Origin: an uncultured Actinomycetota bacterium
Lineage (GTDB): Bacteria; Actinomycetota; Actinomycetes; Mycobacteriales; Nakamurellaceae
Length of the DNA stretch: 64,000 bases
Reading direction: 5' to 3'
Assembly: GCA_963805555.1 (NCBI GenBank)
Contig: CAWDUY010000018.1
Coordinates: forward strand, 213,364-277,363
Part shown: positions 1 through 9,190 of the stretch, piece after piece
Layout: each line of letters begins with the position of its first letter
How positions within the stretch are numbered: the stretch's first letter is position 1
Translations under genes and position numbers: made by a program
The notes under the pieces: generated by a model
Told to the model about the DNA's origin: nothing
What the model saw: only the letters and a program-made list of their open reading frames with translations
Databases searched by the model: none

Positions 1-524
1 GCGACCAGCAACCAGGCGAGGATGACGAACCCGACAGCGCCCAGCGAGAGGAACGCCACGTCGCGGGTGTAGGACAGCGACGTCGAGGCGGGCGTCAGGT
101 TGTCGGAGTTGTTGAAGAACAACGCCCCGATGCCGAAGGTGATCGCGACGAAGGTCTGACCGAGGAATTTCATCCGCTTGTTCAGGCCGAGGTTGCGCTG
201 CTTGCGGATCTTGATGAAATCGTCCAGGAAGCCGACCAGGCCCATCCCGACCGTCAGGTACAGCAGCAGCAGGGCCGACGCGGTCGGGCCGCCACCGCCG
301 CCGATCCATTCGATGCCGACCGCCACCAGGTACCCGACAACCATCGCGATGATGATCGCCGTGCCGCCCATGGTCGGCGTGCCGCGCTTCTTCTTGTGAT
401 GCTGCGGGCCGTCCTCCCGGATCTCCTGGCCGAACCCCTGCTTGGAGAAGACCCTGATCAGGTACGGAGTGAACAGGATGGAGACGGCCAGCGAGACGAT
501 CGACGCGATGAGGATGGTCTTCAC
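1..524 (-). CDS. mraY: phospho-N-acetylmuramoyl-pentapeptide transferase MraY (5' part; gene runs off the left edge)
   Basis: Reading the minus strand from GTG at 524 gives VKTILIASIVSLAVSILFTPYLIRVFSKQGFGQEIREDGPQHHKKKRGTPTMGG..., a typical MraY N-terminus. GTGA overlap with the murF stop (521-523). dcw order murE-murF-mraY. It has no stop in the window, so it is absent from the ORF track. Confidence 0.85.
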   Translation of the reverse strand, partial: MKTILIASIVSLAVSILFTPYLIRVFSKQGFGQEIREDGPQHHKKKRGTPTMGGTAIIIAMVVGYLVAVGIEWIGGGGGPTASALLLLYLTVGMGLVGFLDDFIKIRKQRNLGLNKRMKFLGQTFVAITFGIGALFFNNSDNLTPASTSLSYTRDVAFLSLGAVGFVILAWLLV

Positions 525-2065
525 TGTCCGGCACCGCCGGCTTCGGCAACGCCGATTTCCGCAATGAGCCGCAGCGCGACACGTTCCAGGCCGGCGGATC
601 TGGATGCCTTGACCAGCACCACATCTCCCTCCGCCAGTTCCGACTTGAGGACCCCGATGGCGTCTTCCACGGTGGGCACCAGTTCGGACTCGCCTCCCCA
701 GGACCCTTCCAGATGCGCTCCCAGGTGCAGGGCGCGGGCTCCGGTCCGGCCGCCGACAGCCAGTCCGGTCGCTCCCCCTGGACCTTGCACGACGATCAGC
801 CGCTCGATCCCGAGCCGGACAACGAGCCGGCCGATCTCGTCGTGCGCACTGTTCGTCTCCCCGCCGAGTTCGGCCATCTCGCCGAGCACCGCCCAGGACC
901 GGCGGCCACGGCCGATGATCGACAACGACCGCAGGGCGGCCTTCATCGAGTGCGGGTTGGCGTTGTAGGCGTCGTTGATCAGGGTGATGCCGCCGGTCAG
1001 TTCGGTGACCTGCATCCGCCAGCGGGATGACGCGGTGGCCGCGCTCAGGCCGGCGGCGACGTCGTCGACCGTCATGCCGACCGCCCGGCCGACCGCGGCG
1101 GCAGCCAGCGCATTGCCGACCTGATGGGCCCCGACCACACTCAGCGCGACGGCGGCGCTGCCCTCCGGGGTGACCAGGGTGAACCTGGCCCGGTCGGCGT
1201 CGTCCTGCGTGACGTCCTGCGCCCGGATCACCGCGTTCGCGGCCCGCCCGACCGTCACCACCTCGGCCTTCGTCACCGCCGCCATCGCCGCGACCAGCGG
1301 GTCGTCGGCGTTCAGGATCGCAACGCCACCGTCGGCAGCCGCCGGAAGTTCCTGCACCAGTTCCGATTTCGCCGCCGCGATGGCCTGCACCGAGCCGAAC
1401 TCACCGATATGCGCGGATCCGACGTTCAGCACGGCCCCGATCCGCGGCGGCGCGGTCCTGGCCAGCATGGCGACGTGCCCGATCCCGCGCGCGGACAGTT
1501 CCAGCACCAGGAACCGGGTGTTCTCGTCCGCCTGCAGCGCCGTGTACGGGTGGCCGAGTTCGTTGTTGAACGACTCCGGCGGGGCGACAACGGCAGCCGG
1601 ATCGGCCCGCGTGCTGCGCAGAACGGAGGCAATCAGGTCTTTGGTTGAGGTCTTACCCGACGAGCCGGTGACGCCGATGACCTGCAACCCGTGTTCGGCG
1701 ACCAGCGCGGTGACGGAGGCGTGCGCGAGGTTCGCCAGGGCCACCAGGACGCCCGCGTTGGCGTCGTCGGCGGTCGGGTTGTCCGCCGGACCACCGTCCG
1801 GGGCGGTGGTCGGGGTGGGAGCGATGAGCAGCGGGAGGTCTCCCGCAGCGGGGCCTGAGCCGAGCACCGCGACCGCGCCGGCGGCGGCAGCCGTTGCCGC
1901 GAAAGAATGGCCGTCGACCCGCTCCCCGTGCAGCGCCACGAACAACGCACCGGGCGTGACCCGCCGGGTGTCGAACTCCACGGACCGCACCAGGACCTGC
2001 TCGGCACCGATCGGGGCGGGCACCCCGATCACCGCCGCAACCCGGGCGAGGGTCATGGCGATCAC
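521..2065 (-). CDS. murF: UDP-N-acetylmuramoyl-tripeptide--D-alanyl-D-alanine ligase
   Basis: 514-aa ORF with Mur-ligase P-loop GVTGSSGKTSTKD. ATGA overlap with the murE stop. Correct position in the dcw cluster. Confidence 0.9.
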   Translation of the reverse strand: MIAMTLARVAAVIGVPAPIGAEQVLVRSVEFDTRRVTPGALFVALHGERVDGHSFAATAAAAGAVAVLGSGPAAGDLPLLIAPTPTTAPDGGPADNPTADDANAGVLVALANLAHASVTALVAEHGLQVIGVTGSSGKTSTKDLIASVLRSTRADPAAVVAPPESFNNELGHPYTALQADENTRFLVLELSARGIGHVAMLARTAPPRIGAVLNVGSAHIGEFGSVQAIAAAKSELVQELPAAADGGVAILNADDPLVAAMAAVTKAEVVTVGRAANAVIRAQDVTQDDADRARFTLVTPEGSAAVALSVVGAHQVGNALAAAAVGRAVGMTVDDVAAGLSAATASSRWRMQVTELTGGITLINDAYNANPHSMKAALRSLSIIGRGRRSWAVLGEMAELGGETNSAHDEIGRLVVRLGIERLIVVQGPGGATGLAVGGRTGARALHLGAHLEGSWGGESELVPTVEDAIGVLKSELAEGDVVLVKASRSAGLERVALRLIAEIGVAEAGGAGQ

Positions 2066-3771
2066 GGGCGGGTCCCGGGGGCGGGGTGCGATGGCACGGG
2101 CGGTGGGGTGGGGCGAGACATCACCGCATGCACGCTAGTCGGCAGCTCCGTCAGGGCCGCCGTCAACTCGACGCGATCGGAGAACGGGTGCACCACTCCG
2201 GCGACGTCCTGACCGAGTTCGTGTCCCTTTCCGGCGATCACCACCGCGTCTCCGGTGCGGGCAGCGGCGACCGCCGCCCGGATGGCCTTCCGCCGGTCAC
2301 CGATCTCCAGCACCTCGGCGCGCGGCGGGCCAGCTGCGCCCCCATTCGAAGCCTGGGCGCCGGCGAGGACCTGCGCGCGGATCTCGGCCGGGTCTTCGGA
2401 TCGGGGGTTGTCATCGGTCACGATCAGCAGGTCAGCGCGGGCCGCCGCCTCCGCACCCATCACCGGTCGCTTCCCCGTGTCACGGTCGCCGCCGGCGCCG
2501 ACCACCACGATGAGCCGTCCGGCCAGTCCGTCTCGAATCGCATCCAGCACCGCGGCGAGCGCGGCCGGCTTGTGTGCGTAGTCGACGACGGCCATGAAGT
2601 CCTGCCCGGCATCCACCCGCTCCATCCGCCCGGGCACCACGACTCCGGTGAGGGCGTCCGCGGCCTGCTGCACGTCCCGGCCGAGACCGTCGATACAGGC
2701 CATCGCCAACGCAGCGTTCGAGACGTTGAACGCGCCCGGCAAGGCCAGGTCGAGCGTCACGACGCGATCGCCCGGCCCGCGCAGCGTGACGTGCTGGATC
2801 CCGGTCGCCGACACCCGAACCGCGTCGACCGACCACGAAGCGGCCGGGTTCCCGGAGCCGCTGACGGTCAGCGCATCGGGATGCGCGGCCGCCAGGCGGG
2901 CCCCGTAGGGATCGTCGATGTCAATGACGTGCCGCCGCGCCCGCCCGTCGAACAACAGGGCCTTGGCTGCGAAGTACTCCTCCATGTCGTGGTGGAAATC
3001 CAGGTGATCCTGGCTCAGATTGGTGAAGGCGCCGAGCGCGAAGGTGGTGCCGCTGACCCTGCCGAGGGACAACGCATGCGAGGACACCTCCATCGCGACT
3101 ACGCTGACCCCGCGTTCGGCCATCACCGCGAACAGGGCCTGCAGGTCCGGTGCCTCCGGGGTGGTCAGCGCACTGGGCGCGACCTCGCCGTCGATCCTGG
3201 TCTGCACGGTGCCGATCAGGCCCGTTTTCGAGCCGTCCGCGGCCAGCGCCGCCTCGAGCAGGTAGCAGGTGGTCGTCTTGCCGGACGTGCCGGTGATCCC
3301 GACGACGGCCAACCGGCCGCTCGGGTCGCCGTAGATCACCGTGGCGATGTCACCCAGGAGCGACCGCGGATTGTCCGTGACGAGCACCGGGACACGCTGG
3401 CCCGCGAGAGCATCGTCGGGCGTGCCGGTACCGGTGGCCCGGGCATACTCGGCCTCCAGCGCTGCGGCGCCGACGGGGTCGGTCAGGACGGCAACAGCGC
3501 CGGCTGCCACCGCATCCCGGGCGAACTGCGCACCGTGCGCCCTGGTTCCGGGAAGTGCGGCGAACAGGTCGCCGGGCCGGGCGTCCTGCGCCCGCAGGGT
3601 GATTCCGGTCAGGAGCAGATCGGCCGGAGCCTGCGCAGCGTCCGGCTGGCCGCCGTCCGGACTCCAGGTCAGCCGGCCGCTCGTGCGGTCGATGATCTCG
3701 GCCAGCCTGACCCCGACGGGATGTCGCGGGCGTAACGATGCCGGCGATTCGGTGGGAGCCACGGGCGGCAA
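2062..3771 (-). CDS. murE: UDP-N-acetylmuramoyl-L-alanyl-D-glutamate--2,6-diaminopimelate ligase
   Basis: 569-aa ORF with Mur-ligase P-loop GITGTSGKTTT and correct dcw position. The start is uncertain: TTG at 3771 or GTG at 3762. Confidence 0.9.
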   Translation of the reverse strand: MPPVAPTESPASLRPRHPVGVRLAEIIDRTSGRLTWSPDGGQPDAAQAPADLLLTGITLRAQDARPGDLFAALPGTRAHGAQFARDAVAAGAVAVLTDPVGAAALEAEYARATGTGTPDDALAGQRVPVLVTDNPRSLLGDIATVIYGDPSGRLAVVGITGTSGKTTTCYLLEAALAADGSKTGLIGTVQTRIDGEVAPSALTTPEAPDLQALFAVMAERGVSVVAMEVSSHALSLGRVSGTTFALGAFTNLSQDHLDFHHDMEEYFAAKALLFDGRARRHVIDIDDPYGARLAAAHPDALTVSGSGNPAASWSVDAVRVSATGIQHVTLRGPGDRVVTLDLALPGAFNVSNAALAMACIDGLGRDVQQAADALTGVVVPGRMERVDAGQDFMAVVDYAHKPAALAAVLDAIRDGLAGRLIVVVGAGGDRDTGKRPVMGAEAAARADLLIVTDDNPRSEDPAEIRAQVLAGAQASNGGAAGPPRAEVLEIGDRRKAIRAAVAAARTGDAVVIAGKGHELGQDVAGVVHPFSDRVELTAALTELPTSVHAVMSRPTPPPVPSHPAPGTRP

Positions 3772-3820
3772 GACTACCCGAGCGACGTCGACAGAATCCG
3801 ATATCCGATCCCGACCATCA

Positions 3821-3970
3821 GGGCCGCATTGAAGCAGCCCGGCTCCTGCGTCGCCTGGTGGCTTCAGTGCTGCCCTCCTGTATTGAACGGCGCCCGACGA
3901 CTTCGTCGCGGTCGACTAGGGCCGCATTGAAGCAGCCCGGCTCCTGCGTCGCCTGGTGGCTTCAGTGCTG
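3821..3970 (-). repeat. 98-bp-period tandem duplication of an intergenic stem-loop element (A1 3821-3871, B 3872-3919, A2 3919-3969)
   Basis: A1 and A2 are identical over 51 nt (gggccgcattgaagcagcccggctcctgcgtcgcctggtggcttcagtgct). Each holds a 10-bp inverted repeat, gcattgaagc ... gcttcagtgc. On the minus strand, B followed by A1 reproduces the intron insertion site without an intron. Confidence 0.9.
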
Positions 3971-4033
3971 ATGAGTCGGCCTGGGGCGCGGGTGTCGGGA
4001 TTGCTCCCGATCCGTTTCCCCAGACCGCTCGCC

Positions 4034-4067
4034 GAACCCGTCGTGCGTGTCTCCACGCAACGGGCTC
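4034..4067 (-). ncRNA. group II intron domain V (catalytic hairpin)
   Basis: Minus strand reads GAGCCCGTTGCGTGGAGACACGCACGACGGGTTC. This is a 34-nt hairpin with the AGC triad at positions 2-4, a GAGA (GNRA) tetraloop and a 3'-strand bulge. Confidence 0.85.
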
Positions 4068-4084
4068 TCCACGGGTGCTGCCGT

Positions 4085-5563
4085 TCATGCGAGAGCAGCC
4101 CAGGGGGTGGGGATCGTGTTGCCGCGCCAGAGGTAGCGGGTGACCGATACCGTGGCGAGGTTGAACAGCTCGATCCCGTCCGCTGACAGTGGTTTCCACC
4201 GGCCATCAGGTTCGGTGAACTGGCGGCGGACGTCGTTCCACGTCCAGCGATGCAGCGTCCGCAGCCACCGCACGACCCGCCACCAGACGAAGTAGGCCAG
4301 GGCCGCGAAGGTGTGTTTGCTGACTGCATACCGGAAGTAGTTGGACCAGCCACGCAGGATTTGGTTGATCCTGATCAGCACGGCCCCCGGGGGTTGCTGT
4401 GATGTTCTGTGCGTCAGGGCACGGATCTTCGCCTTCAACGCAAGGATCGGGCGTTTCGCGATGAAGGTGTAGACGTACCACTGATTGGTGCCGAACTTGC
4501 GGCGCCACTGGAGGTGGAACCCCAGGAAGTCCAGCCCGTCGGAAAGGTGCGCCACCCTGGTCTTCGCCTCCGAGAAGGACAACCCCATGGTGGCCAACAC
4601 CGCGCCGACCTCATCGTGCAGGGTGTGCACGTCGGTTTCGGTGCCGTGCACGAGCACAGCGAAATCGTCCGCGTAACGCACGATCCGCCAGTTCGGCAGG
4701 CCCTTGTTCCGGCGCACCCGCCGGCGTTGGTAGTCGGTGGACATTGCCCCACCCGGCCGCCACGGCCCGTGCAGGTGCTCATCGAGCACCGACAGGGCAA
4801 TGTTGGCCAGCAACGGGGACAGGATCCCGCCCTGCGGGGTGCCGGTGTGGGTGTCCTGATGATCACCGAGTTCGGTCAGAATCCCGGCCTTGAGGAACGC
4901 CCGCACCAACCCAACGACGCGTTTGTCCTTGACCCTGGCCCGCACCCTGCCCAGCAGGGCGGTGTGCGAGATCCGGTCGAAACATGCCTCGATGTCAGCG
5001 TCCAACACCCACCGGTACCCCAGGGTGCCGAACCGCTGGATCTCCGCGACCGCGTCATGAGCCCGCCGCTTCGGTCGGAACCCATAGGAGACCGGTTCGA
5101 AATCAGCCTCGAAAATGGGTTCCAACACCAACTTCAACGCCGCCTGAACCACCCGATCAGCAATCGTCGGGATCCCCAAACTGCGGAGCTTGCCCGACCC
5201 ATGACCTTTCGGGATCAACCGCTGACGCACCGGTAACGGACGAAAAGAACCGTCCTTCAACGATGCCCGCAGCCCGTCCAGGAACCCCTCGACCCCACCC
5301 GGCAGGCCCGGGACATCAACGGCCCGAAGACCATCAACCCCCGGCGTCCTGGCCCCGGTGTTGCCGACCACCCGGTCGAACGCCACCTGCAGCGTCGCCC
5401 GGTCGAACACGAAATTGAACAGATCATCAAACCGGCGACCAGGATCGGCCACCGCCCAACGGTGAAGCTTGACCTGCATCCCCGATACCCGCACCCACGG
5501 CACTTCACCCGGGTCCGGGCCGCCGGTGTTCACCGGCGGATCTTTCGGCATCACAGCATCCAT
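4085..5563 (-). CDS. group II intron reverse transcriptase/maturase (no HNH endonuclease domain evident)
   Basis: 492-aa ORF with RT motifs LIPKGHGSGKLRSLGIPTIADRVVQ and VRYADDFAVLV (YADD), plus maturase X motif ILRGWSNYFRYA. The C-terminus ends soon after the X/DNA-binding region. Confidence 0.93.
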   Translation of the reverse strand: MDAVMPKDPPVNTGGPDPGEVPWVRVSGMQVKLHRWAVADPGRRFDDLFNFVFDRATLQVAFDRVVGNTGARTPGVDGLRAVDVPGLPGGVEGFLDGLRASLKDGSFRPLPVRQRLIPKGHGSGKLRSLGIPTIADRVVQAALKLVLEPIFEADFEPVSYGFRPKRRAHDAVAEIQRFGTLGYRWVLDADIEACFDRISHTALLGRVRARVKDKRVVGLVRAFLKAGILTELGDHQDTHTGTPQGGILSPLLANIALSVLDEHLHGPWRPGGAMSTDYQRRRVRRNKGLPNWRIVRYADDFAVLVHGTETDVHTLHDEVGAVLATMGLSFSEAKTRVAHLSDGLDFLGFHLQWRRKFGTNQWYVYTFIAKRPILALKAKIRALTHRTSQQPPGAVLIRINQILRGWSNYFRYAVSKHTFAALAYFVWWRVVRWLRTLHRWTWNDVRRQFTEPDGRWKPLSADGIELFNLATVSVTRYLWRGNTIPTPWAALA

Positions 5564-6156
5564 CCCTTCTCGTACCCGCTGCCGCCCTTCCCCATGTGCC
5601 GGGCTTTCCCCGGCTCGGAGTACTACGACGGCTCCGCCCCGCCCCGACCCGATCGGTCGACTGCGGACCCAACCCCACCGCCGCGTCGGTGCACGCGACC
5701 GGGGGTGAGGACCGGGACGGTTCCCACGTTCACTGCTGTTCGCTCGACGGGTGAGGAGCCCAACTAGGTCCCTGCGGCATCGTCGTGGCTACCCCGTAGC
5801 ACGTCACCACGACCTCCCGGCGACCAAGGACAAGGCCACCCAGGAGTTCCCCCCACCAGCGCCAACAACCCACCGGTGAAGGTACGCACCGCACCCGGCC
5901 CACATCCTCCAGATTCAGGGCCGGTCGACACTTAAGAGACGTAAACGCTGGTTCCTCTCGTACTCCTTCCCATCACGCTCGCCGGGCCCACCCCATCTGG
6001 AAGTACTGGACCGACCCGGCTTCGTCAGAGCCGCTTCCCGCCCGTCCCCGGCGCATCCCGGGAACCGGCTGCCCTCAGCTACACCGCCCTGCTACGACAG
6101 GGTCAGCGGTGGTGGTCTCTCACCTCCACTCGAACAAGCAGCGCCTCGTGGCGCAC

Positions 6157-6204
6157 GCCCTCCTGTATTGAACGGCGCCCAACGACTTCGTCGCGGGCGA
6201 CTAG
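6157..6204 (-). repeat. B' copy of the stop-codon-abutting element, forming the 5' exon flank of the intron
   Basis: gccctcctgtattgaacggcgcccaacgacttcgtcgcgggcgactag is 46/48 identical to 3872-3919. Its terminal ctag contains the TAG stop of ftsI (6201-6203). Confidence 0.85.
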
Positions 6205-8276
6205 GAAACATAGAGGTCGTAAATGGGCGCCTCGGTAGCCGACGGCGGGACATCGGCGGCACGTGCCAGGTAGGCGGCAATGTTGTGGAACAGCGGTGCG
6301 CAACTGGTGGTGCCGGCCGGCGAGTCGCCCTTGGGATCGTCGAGCATGATCGCCACCACGTACTTCGGGTTGTCGGCCGGGAACACGCCGGCGAACGTCG
6401 AGGTGATCGCGGATTGGGAGTACTCGTTGGTGTCCGGGTCGACCTTCTGCGCGGTGCCGGTCTTACCGGCGACCTGGTAGCCGGTGATGGCCGCGGCCGG
6501 TGCGGTCCCGCGGTGGTTCGTGTCGCCGCCCTGCATGGTGCCGCGGAGCATGTCCAGCAGGGTGCGGGCGTTGGCTGGACTCATCACCTGGGTGGTCGCT
6601 CCGACCGGTGTCGGCGTTGTCGTGCCGTCCGTGGTGGTGCTGGCGACGATGGTCGGCGCAATCCGCAGCCCGCCGTTGGCGATCGCCTGGTACATGCTGG
6701 CCAGCTCGACCAGGTTGTAGGAGACCCCCTGACCGATCGGCAGGTTGCCGAAGGTACTGACCGACCAGGTGGATGGATCGGGGAAGCGACCCGAGGTCTC
6801 GGCGGGCAACTGAATGCCGGTCTTGACGCCCTGGCCGAACTTCTTGGCCATCGCGACGAAGGCATCCTCGCCGACAGCCTGGGCGATGTGCAGGGTGCCG
6901 ACGTTCGACGACTTCGCCAGGATGCCGGTGGCCGTCATGTCGATCGGGCCGTGACCCCAGGCGTCGCTGACCGTCACGTCGCCGACCGGGATCGAACCGT
7001 CGACATTGAAGACGGTGGTGGGGGTGATCAGGCCGGCCTCGAGGGCAGCCGCGAAGGTGACCACCTTGTTCACCGAACCCGGCTCGAACGCGTCGGTCAC
7101 CGCCCGGTTACCGGTCTGCTTCGGGCTCTCCCCCGGCTGGTAGCAGGCGGTGGCCGGTACCTGCGCGTCCGCCACCTGCATGATCACCACGCAACCCGAC
7201 AACGCCCGGGAGCTGTCGACGGCCTGGGTGAGCATCTTCAGCGTCGTGTACTGCAGGTCCGAATCGATGGTCAGGCTGACGTCCATCCCGTCGATGGCGG
7301 GCTTCTCGTCCCGTGCGCTGCCCGGGATGATCAGGTGCCGGGCGTCGACGTCGACAACTCGGTCACCGTCCTTGCCGGCCAGCTTGGTGTCGAACTTGGC
7401 CTCGACACCGGACAGCCCGTTGCCGTCGTAGTCGGTGCCGCCGACCAGCGCCGCTGAGGCGGAGCCGTCCGGGTACTGCCGGATGTCCTGACGCTCGGTG
7501 ACGACGGCGTCGCGGTGGTCGATGTCGAACAGCACGCTGATCTTCGCCATGATCGCGTCCGCCTGGGCGGGCATCAGGTTGCGGGCCAGGTAGACGTAGG
7601 TCTTTCCGGAGGTCAGTTTCGTCATGATCTCGTCGGCGGTCAGCTCGGCTCCGGCGTCGGCGACCAGGATGTTGGCCACCTGCCGGCGCTGATCGTCATC
7701 GGTGAACAGGGCCGGCCGGGCGGCGATGGCGCGGCCCTCGACCGTGAAGGCCAGGGCGGTGCCGTTGCGGTCGGTGATCGACCCACGTTGGGCAAGCAGG
7801 GTGATGTCTCGGGTGCGCTGGGCCTCGCTCTTGGCCGCATAGCCCGAGGGGTCGATCGCCTGAATCACCACCAGCTTGCCGCCTGCCAGGGCGAGCATCG
7901 AGAGCAGCACGATCAGCGCGATCCGGCCGCGCAGCCGAGGGTTACCCAGCGCCGCGCGGTTGCGCCGAACCCGGCGACCGCGGACGGAGGCCTGATTTTT
8001 CGGGGCGGCGGCGCGTGGCCGCTGGTTGCTCGCCGGGCGTGGATCCCCAGTGGGGGTTGCCGGGCGGGGTGCGCGCGGCGAGCGGGCGGTCTGCGGGGAG
8101 GCCGGCCCTGGCGCGGACCGCGGCGTCCCCGATCTGCCGTCGGCCCGGCGGCGGTCGGTCGGGGTGCCGGCCTGGCCACCCTGGCGGGCGCTGCCGTGCC
8201 GATGCCTGGTGCCGGTGCGGTTGTCGCGGGGATCGCGAGCACCTGAATCGCGGGGGTCATTGCCGGACCTCATCAC
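6201..8276 (-). CDS. ftsI: penicillin-binding protein (class B, FtsI/PbpB-type transpeptidase)
   Basis: 691-aa ORF with SxxK (GSVNK), SxN (KSSNVG) and KTG (GKTGTA) motifs. It has an Arg/Pro-rich N-terminal tail followed by a TM segment, and sits in the dcw position. The start overlaps the upstream stop (GTGATG at 8276-8271). Confidence 0.9.
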   Translation of the reverse strand: MMRSGNDPRDSGARDPRDNRTGTRHRHGSARQGGQAGTPTDRRRADGRSGTPRSAPGPASPQTARSPRAPRPATPTGDPRPASNQRPRAAAPKNQASVRGRRVRRNRAALGNPRLRGRIALIVLLSMLALAGGKLVVIQAIDPSGYAAKSEAQRTRDITLLAQRGSITDRNGTALAFTVEGRAIAARPALFTDDDQRRQVANILVADAGAELTADEIMTKLTSGKTYVYLARNLMPAQADAIMAKISVLFDIDHRDAVVTERQDIRQYPDGSASAALVGGTDYDGNGLSGVEAKFDTKLAGKDGDRVVDVDARHLIIPGSARDEKPAIDGMDVSLTIDSDLQYTTLKMLTQAVDSSRALSGCVVIMQVADAQVPATACYQPGESPKQTGNRAVTDAFEPGSVNKVVTFAAALEAGLITPTTVFNVDGSIPVGDVTVSDAWGHGPIDMTATGILAKSSNVGTLHIAQAVGEDAFVAMAKKFGQGVKTGIQLPAETSGRFPDPSTWSVSTFGNLPIGQGVSYNLVELASMYQAIANGGLRIAPTIVASTTTDGTTTPTPVGATTQVMSPANARTLLDMLRGTMQGGDTNHRGTAPAAAITGYQVAGKTGTAQKVDPDTNEYSQSAITSTFAGVFPADNPKYVVAIMLDDPKGDSPAGTTSCAPLFHNIAAYLARAADVPPSATEAPIYDLYVS

Positions 8277-9190
8277 TGCTGAGCTCCTTGCGCCGGGGCG
8301 TTGGGATCTGCCTGAGGAGCGGCGGCCGCGGCTGCGTCCGCGGCGGCCTGGGCTGCCGCGGCTTCGGCTGCCTGGGCTGCCTGGGCGGCCGCAGCTTGCG
8401 CCGCGGCGTCGGCTGCGGCCTGCGCCGCCGGGTCGACCGGCGCCGCAGCTGCTGCTGCTGCGGCTGCGGCCGGATCTGCGGCCGCCGCTGCCTGAGCTGC
8501 TGCGGCTTGCGCTGCAGCGTCGGCTGCGGCTTGGTCGACCGGCGCCGCCGCGGCCGCCTGGGCTGCTGCTGCCTGGGCTGCTGCTGCGGCCGGATCTGCG
8601 GCTGCCGCTGCCTGGGCTGCCGCGGCGGCGGCGGCCTGGGACGCCAAGGCTTCGGCCGCGGGATCGACCGGCGCGACCGGGGCGGCCGGTCCCGGCACGA
8701 CGGAAGGCTCACCCACCACGGAGCCGGTACCGGAGCCGTCCACCATCAACATTGCCGAGTCGCCGGCGGGCACCATGCCCAGCGCCGCCGCCGCGTCCGC
8801 GATGTGCGGCGTCGCGTCCAACAGGGCCACGTCCCGTTGCAGGGATTCGATCGTCAGCCGCAGGTCGATGGCCTTGCTCTTGGCCGCCGAGGCGCGCATC
8901 CCCGCCTCGTCGGTGATCGTGTTCAGGTACAACACGCCGGCGATCCCGCCGGCGAGCAGGGCGATCAGCACCACGACGAACGGCGCCCGGTTGAGCGCCG
9001 ACTTCACCGGCTTGCCGGGTCCCACCAGGCGGGTGGCGGAAATCTTCTGCCGTCGCCGCTGCCGGCGCTCGTAGGCGCGCCTGGACGACGCGGTCGTCGG
9101 TGCGGGAGGCCCCGCCGGAGGGTTCGCAGCCGGACCGGGCAACCGGGTTCCGGCTCCGGTTTCGCCCGTTGCCTGCTCGGTGGTGGTCAC
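8273..9190 (-). CDS. FtsL-like septation protein with a long Ala/Gln/Asp/Pro-rich repetitive C-terminal tail
   Basis: It occupies the ftsL slot between rsmH and ftsI. Single TM segment [19 protein letters not shown] followed by a short coiled region. The tail is [22 protein letters not shown]... GTGA overlap with the rsmH stop. Confidence 0.7.
   Translation of the reverse strand: MTTTEQATGETGAGTRLPGPAANPPAGPPAPTTASSRRAYERRQRRRQKISATRLVGPGKPVKSALNRAPFVVVLIALLAGGIAGVLYLNTITDEAGMRASAAKSKAIDLRLTIESLQRDVALLDATPHIADAAAALGMVPAGDSAMLMVDGSGTGSVVGEPSVVPGPAAPVAPVDPAAEALASQAAAAAAAQAAAAADPAAAAAQAAAAQAAAAAPVDQAAADAAAQAAAAQAAAAADPAAAAAAAAAAPVDPAAQAAADAAAQAAAAQAAQAAEAAAAQAAADAAAAAAPQADPNAPAQGAQQ

Larger units (their letters stand above)
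3970..6156 (-). mobile_element. group II intron (ribozyme plus intron-encoded RT/maturase), about 2.19 kb, in the ftsI-murE spacer, same orientation as the operon
   Basis: The minus strand starts GTGCGCC at 6156 (GUGYG consensus). The RT ORF lies in the expected domain IV position. A canonical domain V lies 18 nt after the ORF stop. The 3' end reads ...GGCCGACTCAT(C) at 3971/3970, so the boundary is ambiguous by 1 nt. The flanks match the empty site at 3872/3871. Confidence 0.9.

Noticed and set aside
6168-7457. 429-aa plus-strand ORF
   Set aside because: It is antisense to ftsI, which carries the SxxK/SxN/KTG motifs.
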